DNA from: Minisyncoccota bacterium
Lineage (GTDB): Bacteria; Patescibacteriota; Minisyncoccia; Phycocordibacterales; JAQTLZ01
Reading direction: 5' to 3'
NCBI GenBank assembly: GCA_028714635.1
Contig: JAQTLZ010000001.1
Coordinates: 15,650-79,649, forward strand
DNA length: 64,000 nt
Shown: positions 47,970 to 58,051 of the stretch, in pieces
How positions within the stretch are numbered: position 1 is the first letter of the stretch
How the letters are laid out: every line of letters begins with the position of its first letter
The notes under the pieces: generated by a model
Databases searched by the model: none
The model's input: the letters and a program-made list of their open reading frames with translations, nothing else
What the model was told of the DNA's origin: nothing
Position numbers and translations under genes: made by a program

Positions 47970-50900
47970 ATGAAAAAACTACTGCTCACACTATCTCTTG
48001 TTTCTTTCATCTTTCTTTTCAGCCCGCGGCTGGCTTTTGCCGCCACCAAATACTGGTCCGGCACCGGCACATGGAACGCCGCCAATACCAACTGGGGCAC
48101 CAGTCCGGGCGGTCCTTACAACGCCGCAACTTTCAATACCGGCGACGATGCCGTATTTGAAGGAAGCGCCGGTACTGTAACCGTATCTGCGCCGAATCAT
48201 CCCAATTCCATAACGTTCAACAAGACTGGATACACATTAAACAGCGGCACGCTGACTCTCGATGGCCCCTCAATCGCCGTAAGCTCCGGCGCCGCCACCA
48301 TCAATTCAAGCATTGCCGGCTCCGCCGGCCTTGCCAAGAGCGGTGGCGGAACGCTCACGCTATCCGGCAACAACTCCTTTACCGGCGGCTTGACCGTGAA
48401 GTCGGGCACACTCGAGGGCACGGGGAGCGTGAATGCCTTTGGCGGCTCTGGAACCGGCGCCATCACCCTCGGTGATTCCAGCGGCAGCGCCAACGCCACG
48501 CTGAGCGGCGGCGCCGGTCCATTTGCCAATCCGATCTCCGTGGCCTCCGGCAACACGGGCGCCGCCACCATCATCAGAAACGGTGTCGGCGGCAATAGCA
48601 CTTTCAGCGGCGCGGTCACGCTCAACTCGCATAACCTCGTCCTCAATCCCGGCGGCAATGCGCTCAGCATGAGCGGCGGCTTCACGGGCGCCGGAAATCT
48701 TGCATTCAATTCCTCGTTCAACTCGATCACTATTCAAACCGGCAGCGTCAACAACACGGGCACGATCACGCAATCTGGCGCCGGCGCGGTGACGGTGAGC
48801 GGCGGTGTCGGCGCCAACGTCACGGACATTATTCAAAACGGCACGGCGTCTCTCACCATCAGCACGACGGCGCTCACCGTCAATAGCGGCGGCACTACCT
48901 TGACCAACACCAGCAGTAACGGATCTCTATTGACCGTCTCCGGCGGCGTGAACGGCACGGGCAACCTCATTATCAAGAACAATACCGGCACGGCCAACGC
49001 TGTCACGCTCTCGACAAATAGCGTCAACAACACCGGCGCGGTCACCAACTCCGGCGCCGGCAGCGGCGGCGCCACCATCAGCGCGGTTGTTGGCGTCAAC
49101 GTCACTGGAGTGGTTCAAAACAGCGCCAGCTCAAGTTTGACACTCAGCGGCGCCAACACGTACACCGGCCCGACAACGGTCAGCGCCGGCACGCTTCAAG
49201 CGGGCGTGGCCTCGGTGGCAAACGTCAGCGGCGCATTTGGCAAAAACTCTACTGTGACGATGGCGAACGTTGCGGGCGCCGCCTTGAATATCACCGGCTT
49301 CAATACACAGATCGGCTCTCTCACCGGCGGCGGAGCGGCGGGCGGCAACGTGACGCTCGGATCCGCGACGCTGACGGTTGGCGGAGACAACACCAGTCCG
49401 GCGGCGTACGCGGGCGTGCTCTCCGGCGCGGGCGGCCTGACCAAGATTGGCGCCGGAACGTTGACGCTGACGGGGATAAATACCTATGCCGGCGCGACGA
49501 CCATTGCCGCGGGAACATTGAACGCAAATTCCACCTCGGCGCTCGGCAGCGGCGGCGCGGCCAACACGCTCATCTTCAGCGGCGGCGCCTTGCAAGCCTC
49601 CGGCGCCATTACTTCACCGGGCACCCGGACACTGACGCTGACCAGCACCGGCCTCATTGACACCAACGGCCAGAGCGTGAGCATTGCCGGAGTCATGAGC
49701 GGCGCGGGCGGTCTTACCAAATCCGGCGCGGGCACGCTCACCCTCTCCGCCGCCAATACCTTCACGGGCAAAACCAGCATTACCGGCGGCGCCCTGAGCG
49801 TTACCAACAATGGCAATCTCGGCGCAACCCCTGGTTCTGTCACTCCAGACAGCATCACGCTTAACGGCGGCACTCTTCAATTCACGGGCGGCACGACCGG
49901 CCAAACTGCCACGCTCGCCACCAACCGCGGCATCACGCTCGGCAGCCTGGGCGGAACCCTCAAAATCACGTACACGGTAGCGAGCGGCTCTTTCAACGCG
50001 CTGACGGACACTCCCTCATTCGTTTACTCGGGCATTATCGCCGGCACAAGCGGCGGTAACCTGGCCATCCAGGGCGGCGCTGGCACGAATAACGGATCCA
50101 ATCCGTACCTCTTTAAGTTTAATGGCGCTTCCACCTACAATGGCAACACTACCATTGATAACGCTACTCTGACCTATTTCAATTCCGGGTCGGCGGGCGA
50201 CAATCGCCTGCCTGCGAGCACAGTCCTTACTATTATCAATAATGGGGCGTTCAATATTTGCGGTCAGGCTTCCGGCACAAGGACCCAGACTCTCGCGGGT
50301 CTCATCGGTGACTCGACGGCTAAAGTCGGCGGCACGAACCAGGTAAATCCCGCTGTGCTGGCGCTCAATCCCTCTGCTTCCAGTTTCACCTGGAGCGGCG
50401 TTATTGGTGTCACCACCGTAGTCGACAAGACCGGCATAAACAGCTTGCAATCGGTGGTTAAATCCGGCGCAGGCACGGAGATTTTTGCCGGTCAAAATAC
50501 GTACGCGGGCGCGACGAACGTGAATGCCGGAGTGCTTCGGGCGGGCGTGGCTTCGGTGGCAAACGTCAGCGGCGCGTTTGGCAATAATTCAGCCGTGACC
50601 CTGGCAAATGCCGCGAGCGCCGTTTTGGACCTTGCGGACTTCAATACGCAGATTGGGTCTTTGACCGGCGGCGGCGGAACGGGCGGTAACGTGACGCTCG
50701 GATCCGCGACCCTCACGGTTGGCGGCGACAACACCAGCCCGGCGGCGTACGCGGGCGTGCTCTCCGGCGCAGGTTCTCTGGCCAAGATCGGAACAGGCGC
50801 TTTTTCAATCTCGAACACTGTCACTCTCGGCGGCGATTTTACGATTTCCGCCGGAACCGTCTCGGCTAATAGCTCTATGATGAACGTAGCTGGCAACTGG

Positions 50901-51362
50901 AGCAACTCGGGAACATTTTCTGCCGGAACGAGTATGGTCACCCTTAATGGAGCGGGCGCGCAGACAATGAGCGGGGCCAACACTTTTTACGGATTGGCGA
51001 TCACTGGCGGCGGCCGGACCGTCTCTTTTCAAAGCGGCGCGGCTCAGTCAATCGCGGCAAACGGCTCGCTGGCCCTGAGCGGCTCTGCCGGCCACCTGCT
51101 CACGCTCGCTCCGTTGACTCCCGCTTCCGAGTGGCAGCTTCACCTTGATGCCGCCGCCGCTCAAGCTGTTTCGTATGTTTCAGTTTCGTATTCAAATGCG
51201 GGCGGTTTTGCCGAGGTGAATGCCGCCAACGGGACAAACAGCGATGGCGGCAATACCACAAACTGGAATTTCGGCGCAATCATCAATCATGCGGCGCGGC
51301 TGAAGATTTGGAATGCCTCCCTGCGAATATCAGGCGGTTCCCGCTTGCGCATCACACGCTAA
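47970..51362 (+). CDS. Giant (1130 aa) secreted protein built from autotransporter-associated beta-strand (PATR) repeats
   Basis: Signal peptide MKKLLLTLSLVSFIFLFSPRLAFA; many GAGTLTLSG.NT(F/Y)TG.T.(V/I).(S/A)GTL units; two near-identical ~40-aa segments (GVASVANVSGAFG.NS.VT.ANAA). Confidence 0.65.
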   Translation: MKKLLLTLSLVSFIFLFSPRLAFAATKYWSGTGTWNAANTNWGTSPGGPYNAATFNTGDDAVFEGSAGTVTVSAPNHPNSITFNKTGYTLNSGTLTLDGPSIAVSSGAATINSSIAGSAGLAKSGGGTLTLSGNNSFTGGLTVKSGTLEGTGSVNAFGGSGTGAITLGDSSGSANATLSGGAGPFANPISVASGNTGAATIIRNGVGGNSTFSGAVTLNSHNLVLNPGGNALSMSGGFTGAGNLAFNSSFNSITIQTGSVNNTGTITQSGAGAVTVSGGVGANVTDIIQNGTASLTISTTALTVNSGGTTLTNTSSNGSLLTVSGGVNGTGNLIIKNNTGTANAVTLSTNSVNNTGAVTNSGAGSGGATISAVVGVNVTGVVQNSASSSLTLSGANTYTGPTTVSAGTLQAGVASVANVSGAFGKNSTVTMANVAGAALNITGFNTQIGSLTGGGAAGGNVTLGSATLTVGGDNTSPAAYAGVLSGAGGLTKIGAGTLTLTGINTYAGATTIAAGTLNANSTSALGSGGAANTLIFSGGALQASGAITSPGTRTLTLTSTGLIDTNGQSVSIAGVMSGAGGLTKSGAGTLTLSAANTFTGKTSITGGALSVTNNGNLGATPGSVTPDSITLNGGTLQFTGGTTGQTATLATNRGITLGSLGGTLKITYTVASGSFNALTDTPSFVYSGIIAGTSGGNLAIQGGAGTNNGSNPYLFKFNGASTYNGNTTIDNATLTYFNSGSAGDNRLPASTVLTIINNGAFNICGQASGTRTQTLAGLIGDSTAKVGGTNQVNPAVLALNPSASSFTWSGVIGVTTVVDKTGINSLQSVVKSGAGTEIFAGQNTYAGATNVNAGVLRAGVASVANVSGAFGNNSAVTLANAASAVLDLADFNTQIGSLTGGGGTGGNVTLGSATLTVGGDNTSPAAYAGVLSGAGSLAKIGTGAFSISNTVTLGGDFTISAGTVSANSSMMNVAGNWSNSGTFSAGTSMVTLNGAGAQTMSGANTFYGLAITGGGRTVSFQSGAAQSIAANGSLALSGSAGHLLTLAPLTPASEWQLHLDAAAAQAVSYVSVSYSNAGGFAEVNAANGTNSDGGNTTNWNFGAIINHAARLKIWNASLRISGGSRLRITR

Positions 51363-51433
51363 ATTCCCTCACACATAGCTGCTTTGTCTTGGCGGATTGC
51401 TCGTCCGCAAGCTGTGGCGGCGCGATAAAAGAT

Positions 51434-51462
51434 AAAGCCCTTCTTTTTCAAAGAAGGGCTTG
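51434..51462. terminator. Terminator hairpin between convergent genes
   Basis: AAAGCCCTTCTTT-TTCAA-AGAAGGGCTT perfect stem; A/T tracts on the minus-strand side. Confidence 0.6.
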
Positions 51463-51492
51463 TGAAAGAACAAAAATACCAGTGAACGGTTG

Positions 51493-52452
51493 CTATTTTT
51501 CTTGTGCCGAAGGCTGAGACTGACCGGGGGTGTTGATGGTTTCCAGTTTGGCGGGTTGCGACAACGTGAGTTTCCCGGCCTCCGCCAAAAGCAAGTTGAC
51601 GGCATCGCACGTTCGCTTCAACACGTCCAGGCACGCCTGCATCGGCGCGATGTCCGCTGCTTCGGCATAGCGCTCAATATATTTGAAGCAGCCTCCGCGG
51701 TCGGATTCCTGCTCGAAGCCCAAAGCTTCAAGCAGGACCGCGCCGCCCAATTCGGCAACGGTCTCCGAGCGCCAGTGCTGGCCGCGTTCGATAAGGTGGC
51801 CGAGGCGGTCATCGGCGGCATGAATGAGCTCATGCGCCCATGTGGATAGATTTTTCACCCCAAGGGCGATCTGCTGGCCGCGAACGTACTTGCCCAGCGC
51901 CCCGCCCTCCTTCCCATTAAACGCTTCCACATTCAAACCCCATGCGCGGGCTACGTCGAGGAGCGGCAGAGAATTGATCCACTGTAACACTTCGGGGTCT
52001 GCGGGCGGGATTGCCGCCCCCTCCGTGACTTCGATGGCGAACACTGGCGCGGTTCTCACACCGAAGAGAACCGGCACTTCCTTTTCCTCGCCGGTTTCTT
52101 CATCCTTGACCTTGACGGCTTTGGTCATGGGCACGAGGATATCGAACGATTTTGCGCCTTTCTTCACCGTGCGTTCAACCGCGTTCCACTGCCTCATGCC
52201 GCGAGCATCGTTCGTATTGTTGAGGGCGCAGAGCAACTGATTGCCCCACGACCATGAGCGGCAGGGCACACAGTCTTTCCGGCGCACGAAGATGGGAGCG
52301 ATGGCTTTGGCGACATCGCCCCGCATGAATGCGTCCAGTATCTTTTGGGCGGTCTCTTCCGCCCGTCCGTAGTATTTCACGGACACCTCCTTTCTATTGG
52401 GTGTTAAGTGTGTTGGGAAGAAAATGACCCCGGCGGGGTCATTGAACTGCAA
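51493..52452 (-). CDS. ArdC-like antirestriction protein (ssDNA-binding N-domain plus zincin-like metalloprotease)
   Basis: ArdC_N-like W...N.LL...ARG...W...TVKKGAKSF; C-terminal HELIHA HExxH. Confidence 0.6.
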   Translation of the reverse strand: MQFNDPAGVIFFPTHLTPNRKEVSVKYYGRAEETAQKILDAFMRGDVAKAIAPIFVRRKDCVPCRSWSWGNQLLCALNNTNDARGMRQWNAVERTVKKGAKSFDILVPMTKAVKVKDEETGEEKEVPVLFGVRTAPVFAIEVTEGAAIPPADPEVLQWINSLPLLDVARAWGLNVEAFNGKEGGALGKYVRGQQIALGVKNLSTWAHELIHAADDRLGHLIERGQHWRSETVAELGGAVLLEALGFEQESDRGGCFKYIERYAEAADIAPMQACLDVLKRTCDAVNLLLAEAGKLTLSQPAKLETINTPGQSQPSAQEK

Positions 52453-52467
52453 TAGAAAAGAACTGAG

Positions 52468-52800
52468 TCAATAATCCTCAGGCAGGAGCACCGTCGTATA
52501 CATGCGGTTCCACTCGGTGATGACATAGAACTTCGTGCGCTTCATCGAATGGTAAATCGAGACGATCCGCTCGCCGTTTACGAGCGCCCGTTTGTTGGCG
52601 CTGCGGTCCTCAGCATCCAGATCGCCCCAGTCTCCATAAGCATGGCGGCTGATGGCACGCAGGACTTCTTCCGGTGACAGCACGGCGTTTGCGGCGGCGG
52701 TGATGACGACTTGTCCGAGTTCAAGCGGCTCCGGCTGGGAAGCCGCACGATGTTGTTTGGCTACTGGCATGCGACCTCCTTTCGATGTGATGCCGCTCAC
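52468..52800 (-). CDS. Hypothetical small protein (plasmid-associated context)
   Basis: 110 aa; 4-bp overlap with the primase gene; family not recognised. Confidence 0.3.
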   Translation of the reverse strand: MSGITSKGGRMPVAKQHRAASQPEPLELGQVVITAAANAVLSPEEVLRAISRHAYGDWGDLDAEDRSANKRALVNGERIVSIYHSMKRTKFYVITEWNRMYTTVLLPEDY

Positions 52801-53852
52801 TGCAAGAGTTCAAGAATTTCGGTGGGGGAAAGCTGGTCGGGCTGCGGCCGTTCCGGCTTTAAGGCGACCGTCTGGACAAAAACCTTCGATGCCAGCTTAA
52901 CGAGCGCCTGCTCCTGGCCGGCTTGCCCGACTTTGCCGGCGTCGAGCATGAAGATAACTCTGCCATTCTTGCCAACCACCTGGGCAATCAAAGCGGCTTG
53001 CACGTCCGAAAGAAACCAGCCGGTGATGGCTACTACTCTGTGAATGCCGGCTTGCCATACTGTGAAGCATCCGAAATATCCTTCGACCACGACCAGCGGC
53101 GCACCCGGTTCCGCCTTGGCTGCGCGGTGCAGATTGAAGACTTCCACGTTCTTCCTGAATCCTTTGGGGAGCTTGTACTTCGGTGTGTCGTCCGACGGCG
53201 TGCCAGGAAAGCGTCCGGCATAACCGACAAGCTCGCCACCGATATTGTGAATCGGAATGACGATCCGCCCGGTCATGGTGCCTTTCTCACAGAAGCCGAG
53301 GCCAAACGTTTCAACGGTCTCTTTCGTGAGTCCGCGTTCTTGCAAATACGGATGCGCCGTGTTGAGATTCTTCAATGCAAATCCGAGCGGCTTGTTGGGC
53401 GCGTCGGATTCTTCCTGCTGCTTTGGTGTCTCCGCTGGCGGACTTGTTGGCTCCGGCTTTTCGACCGGCGGGCATGCTGGCTTCTGTGGTTCTGACGTGG
53501 CCGGTGCCTTCGGCGTATTCTCCGCGGGCTTTTTCCCCTTGGATGAATCGACCGAAAACCACTTCTGAATCAAGAGCGCGGCATTACGGATGTTCACGTT
53601 CTCTTTCTTTGCCACGAAATCCAGAATGTTGCCGCCTGCTTGGCATTCCCCGAAACAGTTGTAGCAGTTCTTCGCTACGCTCACTCGAAACTGCGTCGGG
53701 TTGTGTCCGCCATGCAGCGGACACGGGCCGTTCAACGTATCGCCGGTTCGCTTGAGGCTCGCCGTGATGCCGTAATGATCCAAAATCTGCAGGATCGTCA
53801 CGGACTGCTTGACCTGCTTGAAATCGACAAACTCTCCCTTGCCTTTTGGCAT
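52797..53852 (-). CDS. DNA primase (CHC2 zinc finger plus Toprim), plasmid/phage type
   Basis: CPLHGGHNPTQFRV...CFGEC..GGN CHC2 finger; Toprim-like VVVVEGYFG...IFMLDAG. Confidence 0.7.
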   Translation of the reverse strand: MPKGKGEFVDFKQVKQSVTILQILDHYGITASLKRTGDTLNGPCPLHGGHNPTQFRVSVAKNCYNCFGECQAGGNILDFVAKKENVNIRNAALLIQKWFSVDSSKGKKPAENTPKAPATSEPQKPACPPVEKPEPTSPPAETPKQQEESDAPNKPLGFALKNLNTAHPYLQERGLTKETVETFGLGFCEKGTMTGRIVIPIHNIGGELVGYAGRFPGTPSDDTPKYKLPKGFRKNVEVFNLHRAAKAEPGAPLVVVEGYFGCFTVWQAGIHRVVAITGWFLSDVQAALIAQVVGKNGRVIFMLDAGKVGQAGQEQALVKLASKVFVQTVALKPERPQPDQLSPTEILELLQ

Positions 53853-53876
53853 GACTGTTCTCCTTTCTGTTGTGGG

Positions 53877-54671
53877 CTATTCGAATGGAAGTAAGAGCTG
53901 CACGGGCCAATTAGGAAATTCTATGAACTCCTTGCCGCGTGCAACTCGCCAGAACTGACCTAACGGCATTCTGAAGGTGCGCTCGATGATTTCTGCCGTG
54001 GCGCCGTGGTCCCGGATGAACTCGCTCTTGCTGTTGCGCATAGCGAGCGCCACAAGCGTCCGATGCTTCTTCAGTTTCTCTTTAAGGTACGCGCGTTGTT
54101 CCACGCGCCGGTTATATGGACTGGTACGACGATACAGGTAGAGGATGCGCTCGTGATCGCATGGCGTCTCAACATCAAGCGGACTCAAACCAATACAGCG
54201 CCCGAACGAATTCTTCGTTCCACTGCATGACACGCAGGTTCCCAGGTCAGAGACAGAAGCCGCGTGCTCAAATTCCAATGCGATTGGAGTATGCCTGTAG
54301 ATTTCCGTGACAGTCATTAACCGCCGTTCGATTGCCCGCTGCACGTCTGCGTTGGAAAACGCCGCTGCAATGCACTTTCGGGCCAGAGCGACTGTATTTT
54401 CGATTGCACTCCGTTCGCTCTGTGCAAACCAGCTTGGAGCGGAATAGAAGAGCAACTGCTTGGCGAGCGCGGGAACGTTGTTTTCAGCATATCCATTTCG
54501 TTCAAGCGCGCTCTTTATCATGCGAATGCGCAGCAATGCGCAGCGATAGCGGGCCAGGGTAATGAGCCGCTTGGCGCGCTCATGCTCCTCTCTTTCCTTG
54601 CGTGACTTCATGCAATCCCTCCTTTGAATGCGGCGGTTGTCACGCGCCTTTTGCCGAAACTGAATTGTCAA
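53877..54671 (-). CDS. Hypothetical protein
   Basis: 264-aa ORF (possible start at 54611); no recognised family. Confidence 0.3.
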   Translation of the reverse strand: MTIQFRQKARDNRRIQRRDCMKSRKEREEHERAKRLITLARYRCALLRIRMIKSALERNGYAENNVPALAKQLLFYSAPSWFAQSERSAIENTVALARKCIAAAFSNADVQRAIERRLMTVTEIYRHTPIALEFEHAASVSDLGTCVSCSGTKNSFGRCIGLSPLDVETPCDHERILYLYRRTSPYNRRVEQRAYLKEKLKKHRTLVALAMRNSKSEFIRDHGATAEIIERTFRMPLGQFWRVARGKEFIEFPNWPVQLLLPFE

Positions 54672-54743
54672 ATGAACTGAACTGAAAAAAGGGTAACATT
54701 GAAATCGTTTTTAATGTCAATGTTGGCACGCAATGCACAACAA

Positions 54744-55706
54744 CTATTGAATAATGTCCAGGAGCGTGGTGCTTTCCGATGCGCCATTGAGCAGTGGGGC
54801 GGTCAAAGTATTCTCCGAATTTAGAAACGATGTATCGGCAAAGAGGAAAAGCCGTGAGCCTTTGCCCTGGCTGAATTGCCGGTTCGCTTCGAGCAAGGTC
54901 TTGATGCGCGCCTGGCTTGTAGTCACGATCAAGACGCAAAAGCGCCTGATGTTGAAGTGGCGTTCGTGCAGCCCTTGTTTCCACGATTCCTGATACGCAA
55001 GCATTTTGCGAAAGAGGGAAGTTCGTTCAAAGCCTTCGCGCGCGACGGGCATCGTGGCCCGGTCGGCTTCCAAAAAGAAATATGCAGGGTTGTTTTGGTC
55101 CTGAAAGTGAAGTCCGAAAACCTTGTCCGGGTGGACGCCAAGCGACAGCGGAACGCCGTTGTAACTGCACCGCACATTCCATTTGAACGGGTTGTGCCTA
55201 TGTTTTGTTTCTTCGGGACATTGGGCAAGAATTTCTTCACTGTCGATGATCCGTACATTGGCGCGCTTGCTTCCCGTTTCCAATTTCAGCATTACTTCGG
55301 CAACCAGGAGCGTATGCTGCAAGAAAGGCCGCTTCGCCGAGTGGTTTTTGGCCTGCCAGTCGATCTTGCGGCGGGGGATTGAGAAGCGCGCGGACAGAAC
55401 ATCCGCGCCACGGTTTCCAAGAGCGTAGACCATTGTCTGATTGCCGTTCTGCCTATAGTAGTCGATCTGCGCGCGCGGGCGGTCAAGGAAGCGGGCGTGA
55501 TAGAGAAGCTGAAGGCGGCGCAAAATGTTCCGCGGACTGCCGCCGCAAAGCGCGGCGATTTGGTCGGAGCGTAGAAAGCGGTGCTTGTAGACCTGCTTGA
55601 TAATTTCCATGTCTCGCTCCGTAATATGAAAGGCGGGCGCTTCATGGGATCGCTCGAAACGCGGCCTGCGCGAAGATGCTTCAGTCATGGCGGAGGAATT
55701 ATACAA
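54744..55706 (-). CDS. Replication-relaxation family protein (Replic_Relax)
   Basis: ITERDMEIIKQVYKHRFLRSDQIAALCG...RRLQLLYHARFLDR matches the N-terminal wHTH of the plasmid replication-relaxation family. Confidence 0.6.
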   Translation of the reverse strand: MYNSSAMTEASSRRPRFERSHEAPAFHITERDMEIIKQVYKHRFLRSDQIAALCGGSPRNILRRLQLLYHARFLDRPRAQIDYYRQNGNQTMVYALGNRGADVLSARFSIPRRKIDWQAKNHSAKRPFLQHTLLVAEVMLKLETGSKRANVRIIDSEEILAQCPEETKHRHNPFKWNVRCSYNGVPLSLGVHPDKVFGLHFQDQNNPAYFFLEADRATMPVAREGFERTSLFRKMLAYQESWKQGLHERHFNIRRFCVLIVTTSQARIKTLLEANRQFSQGKGSRLFLFADTSFLNSENTLTAPLLNGASESTTLLDIIQ

Positions 55707-55736
55707 GCAAAAACAGCATGGCTATCTTCTCGCCGG

Positions 55737-56279
55737 TTACTTCATACCATTTTTGCTCCAGCGCTCGATTTTATCTTCAATCACTGCCCGTGGCATGGCG
55801 TAGCGCTCCCGCGAACGCCGAATCATGTTTTCCTTTTTGCCGTAGCGCGTGCCGGACGGGGGATAGGTCGTGGCGAGAAATGGCTCGCCGTGAACTCCGC
55901 CGTCAAGGATCTTCATGTACGTGTCATAGTTGTTCAAATCCATAAACTGAGTTGAGCGGAACGCGTTGCCGAATTCTTTTTCCAAAATCTCGGCGTCAGT
56001 GCTTCCAACCCGGAAAGAAATGATGCTGCCGACATTGCCAAGAATCGCCGTGCGGACTTCATTGGTAAGCTGGTCCATGTACTGGTGACTGAGCGTCAAA
56101 CAGAGCCGGTATTTGCGGGCCTCGGCAAGAATAGCCGCGAAACTATCCGTGGTGAAGTTGTGGTATACCCATTCTTTAATCTGGCATGTTTTGGAGATGG
56201 GACAATAGAAATTCGTGCAGGATGTGAAGGCGATGCAAAGCTTATCAACAGGAGTCGAACTTGTTGTCAGGCTTTGCAT
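55737..56279 (-). pseudogene. Truncated paralogue of the TraD/HerA-like ATPase (C-terminal fragment, no Walker A)
   Basis: ARKYRLCLTLSHQYMDQL... aligns with ARKYRLGLILSHQDMHQL... of 36424-39444; the reading frame begins just after the Walker B position; intermediate GC; abuts the AT-rich boundary. Confidence 0.55.
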
Positions 56280-56381
56280 TGGAAATAAGGAGCTCCGCTT
56301 GTTTGTAATTACAATTTGATGTCACAGAACGTGATCTCATACGTTGTAATAATTATAAAGTGTGGTAATATAATAAATACT

Positions 56382-56576
56382 ATGATAATCAACTGGACAC
56401 ATTTGATTGAGAAATATAAGGGAATGTGGGTAGCTCTCAAGGATGACGAGACCTCTGTCGTCGCCAGCGGCAAGACCGCAAAAGAGGCATTCCAAGCTGC
56501 TCTCAAAAAGGGCTATTCTCACCCGCTCCTTACTCGCGTACCGGACAAACTGACCGCGTTTGTCGGTGCTCTCTAG
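56382..56576 (+). CDS. DUF5678-family small protein
   Basis: MIINWTHLIEKYKGMWVALKDDETSVVASGKTAKEAFQAALKKGY pattern. Confidence 0.5.
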   Translation: MIINWTHLIEKYKGMWVALKDDETSVVASGKTAKEAFQAALKKGYSHPLLTRVPDKLTAFVGAL

Positions 56577-56589
56577 TACCTGCTCTAAA

Positions 56590-57009
56590 ATGAAATTCTC
56601 GTACAAGAAGTTGGCGACGGGACACGTTCGCCCGATTATTCAGGTAGAGGTAAGTCATAACGGAGGGCAAGCAATCAACTACTTTGCGCTTATAGATTCT
56701 GGCGCTGATATTTGTATCTTTCACGCAGAAATCGCCGAATTGATTGGAATCGAAGATATTACAACTGGAAGAAAAGGAACTGTTGGAGGCATTACGCAAG
56801 GCGAACAGCAGGACTACTGGATACATCCGGTCAGCATCAATGTCGGCGGCTGGAAATATGATCTGGAAGTGGCCTTCATGCCGACACTGTCACGGTTGGG
56901 GTATGGTGTCTTTGGTCAGAAAGGATTTTTCGATTCGTTTGCGATAAAATTTCGAAAAGTGAAGGGGGAGATTGAACTGGTTGACGAAACACAAAAGACA
57001 AAGGAGTAA
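56590..57009 (+). CDS. Retropepsin-like aspartic protease
   Basis: ALIDSGADICIF (D-S/T-G-A motif) and single-domain size; overlaps the 3' end of the DUF5678 gene. Confidence 0.65.
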   Translation: MKFSYKKLATGHVRPIIQVEVSHNGGQAINYFALIDSGADICIFHAEIAELIGIEDITTGRKGTVGGITQGEQQDYWIHPVSINVGGWKYDLEVAFMPTLSRLGYGVFGQKGFFDSFAIKFRKVKGEIELVDETQKTKE

Positions 57010-57700
57010 GCCTCGGGTTTATCGGCTTAAATCAAGACACACTGTTCCGGGACAGAATCCGGAGAAATGCGTCTTTCCTTTTCACTCGGAATGATATTAC
57101 ACGCTTGATAGTAGAGAGAATCTTGATATTTCCCGAAGATTGTTTCGTAACGAGTATCCTATCACAAATACTGTTGCAATGAAAATAGGTAATGCGGTAT
57201 AATTCTCCTTGTAGGAGTGTTATGGTGAACAGTCATTAGTAAGAGAAAAACCGATATTGTAAAAGTAAAAACTCTCGTTTTGAATCGGGGTATCAGGATA
57301 AAACCTTATACTCCTACAAGTTGAGGCGCATTCTTTCTACGAAATGAGTGTTCCTTGATACTCCGATTCAGGATAAGAGTTTTTTATTTTGGGTGGATTT
57401 AAATAGCTCTAGCTAATTCAGCAAGCTCCAAAATAAAGCTCAAAAAAATAACAATGAAAACTTTCATTGTCGGCGGATGTATAGCACTTGAGTGCTGTAT
57501 TGATGCCCGAGGCCAGAGAATTTGCTGGCCACTGGGGAAGAAACAGAAAACGCCCCCACCTATTAAGGTTAAGAGCGTTTTCATTCAAACGTCAGTGAAA
57601 GCTTAAGCTTTCAACGCATTACATCTTTAGCGGGATGTAATGTGTTTTTATTATACCCTTCGGTACGGGCAGATACCATATCAAAAAAGTGGATAGAAAG

Positions 57701-57913
57701 TCAAACCTTTTCCTTCTTTATCCATACATAAACCCGTATACCACGAATCCAAATCCAGACTAAAATACATAACAACGCGACAAGAAACCACCAGATTTGC
57801 GCGGGGGTATCTGGACTACTTATTACAAGCCAAAGAAGACCAAGAAAAAATAACAGAATGAAGGTAAATGCAATTATACTCTTTCCTTTTCTGCCTACTA
57901 ACCAGAATAACAT
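57701..57913 (-). CDS. Small hypothetical membrane protein (70 aa)
   Basis: Two predicted TM helices; low confidence that it is a real gene. Confidence 0.3.
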   Translation of the reverse strand: MLFWLVGRKGKSIIAFTFILLFFLGLLWLVISSPDTPAQIWWFLVALLCILVWIWIRGIRVYVWIKKEKV

Positions 57914-58051
57914 ATTTGAATCATAGTTCTTTCTGTGTTTTCAATCAAGTGGATAAATCAATTATGCCGTAAAGGGAGACGTGTGTGCTAATCCTCAAGA
58001 AATCCACAGGTTCAACAGATTTGCTAATCCACAGCTTTATCATTTCCGCCG

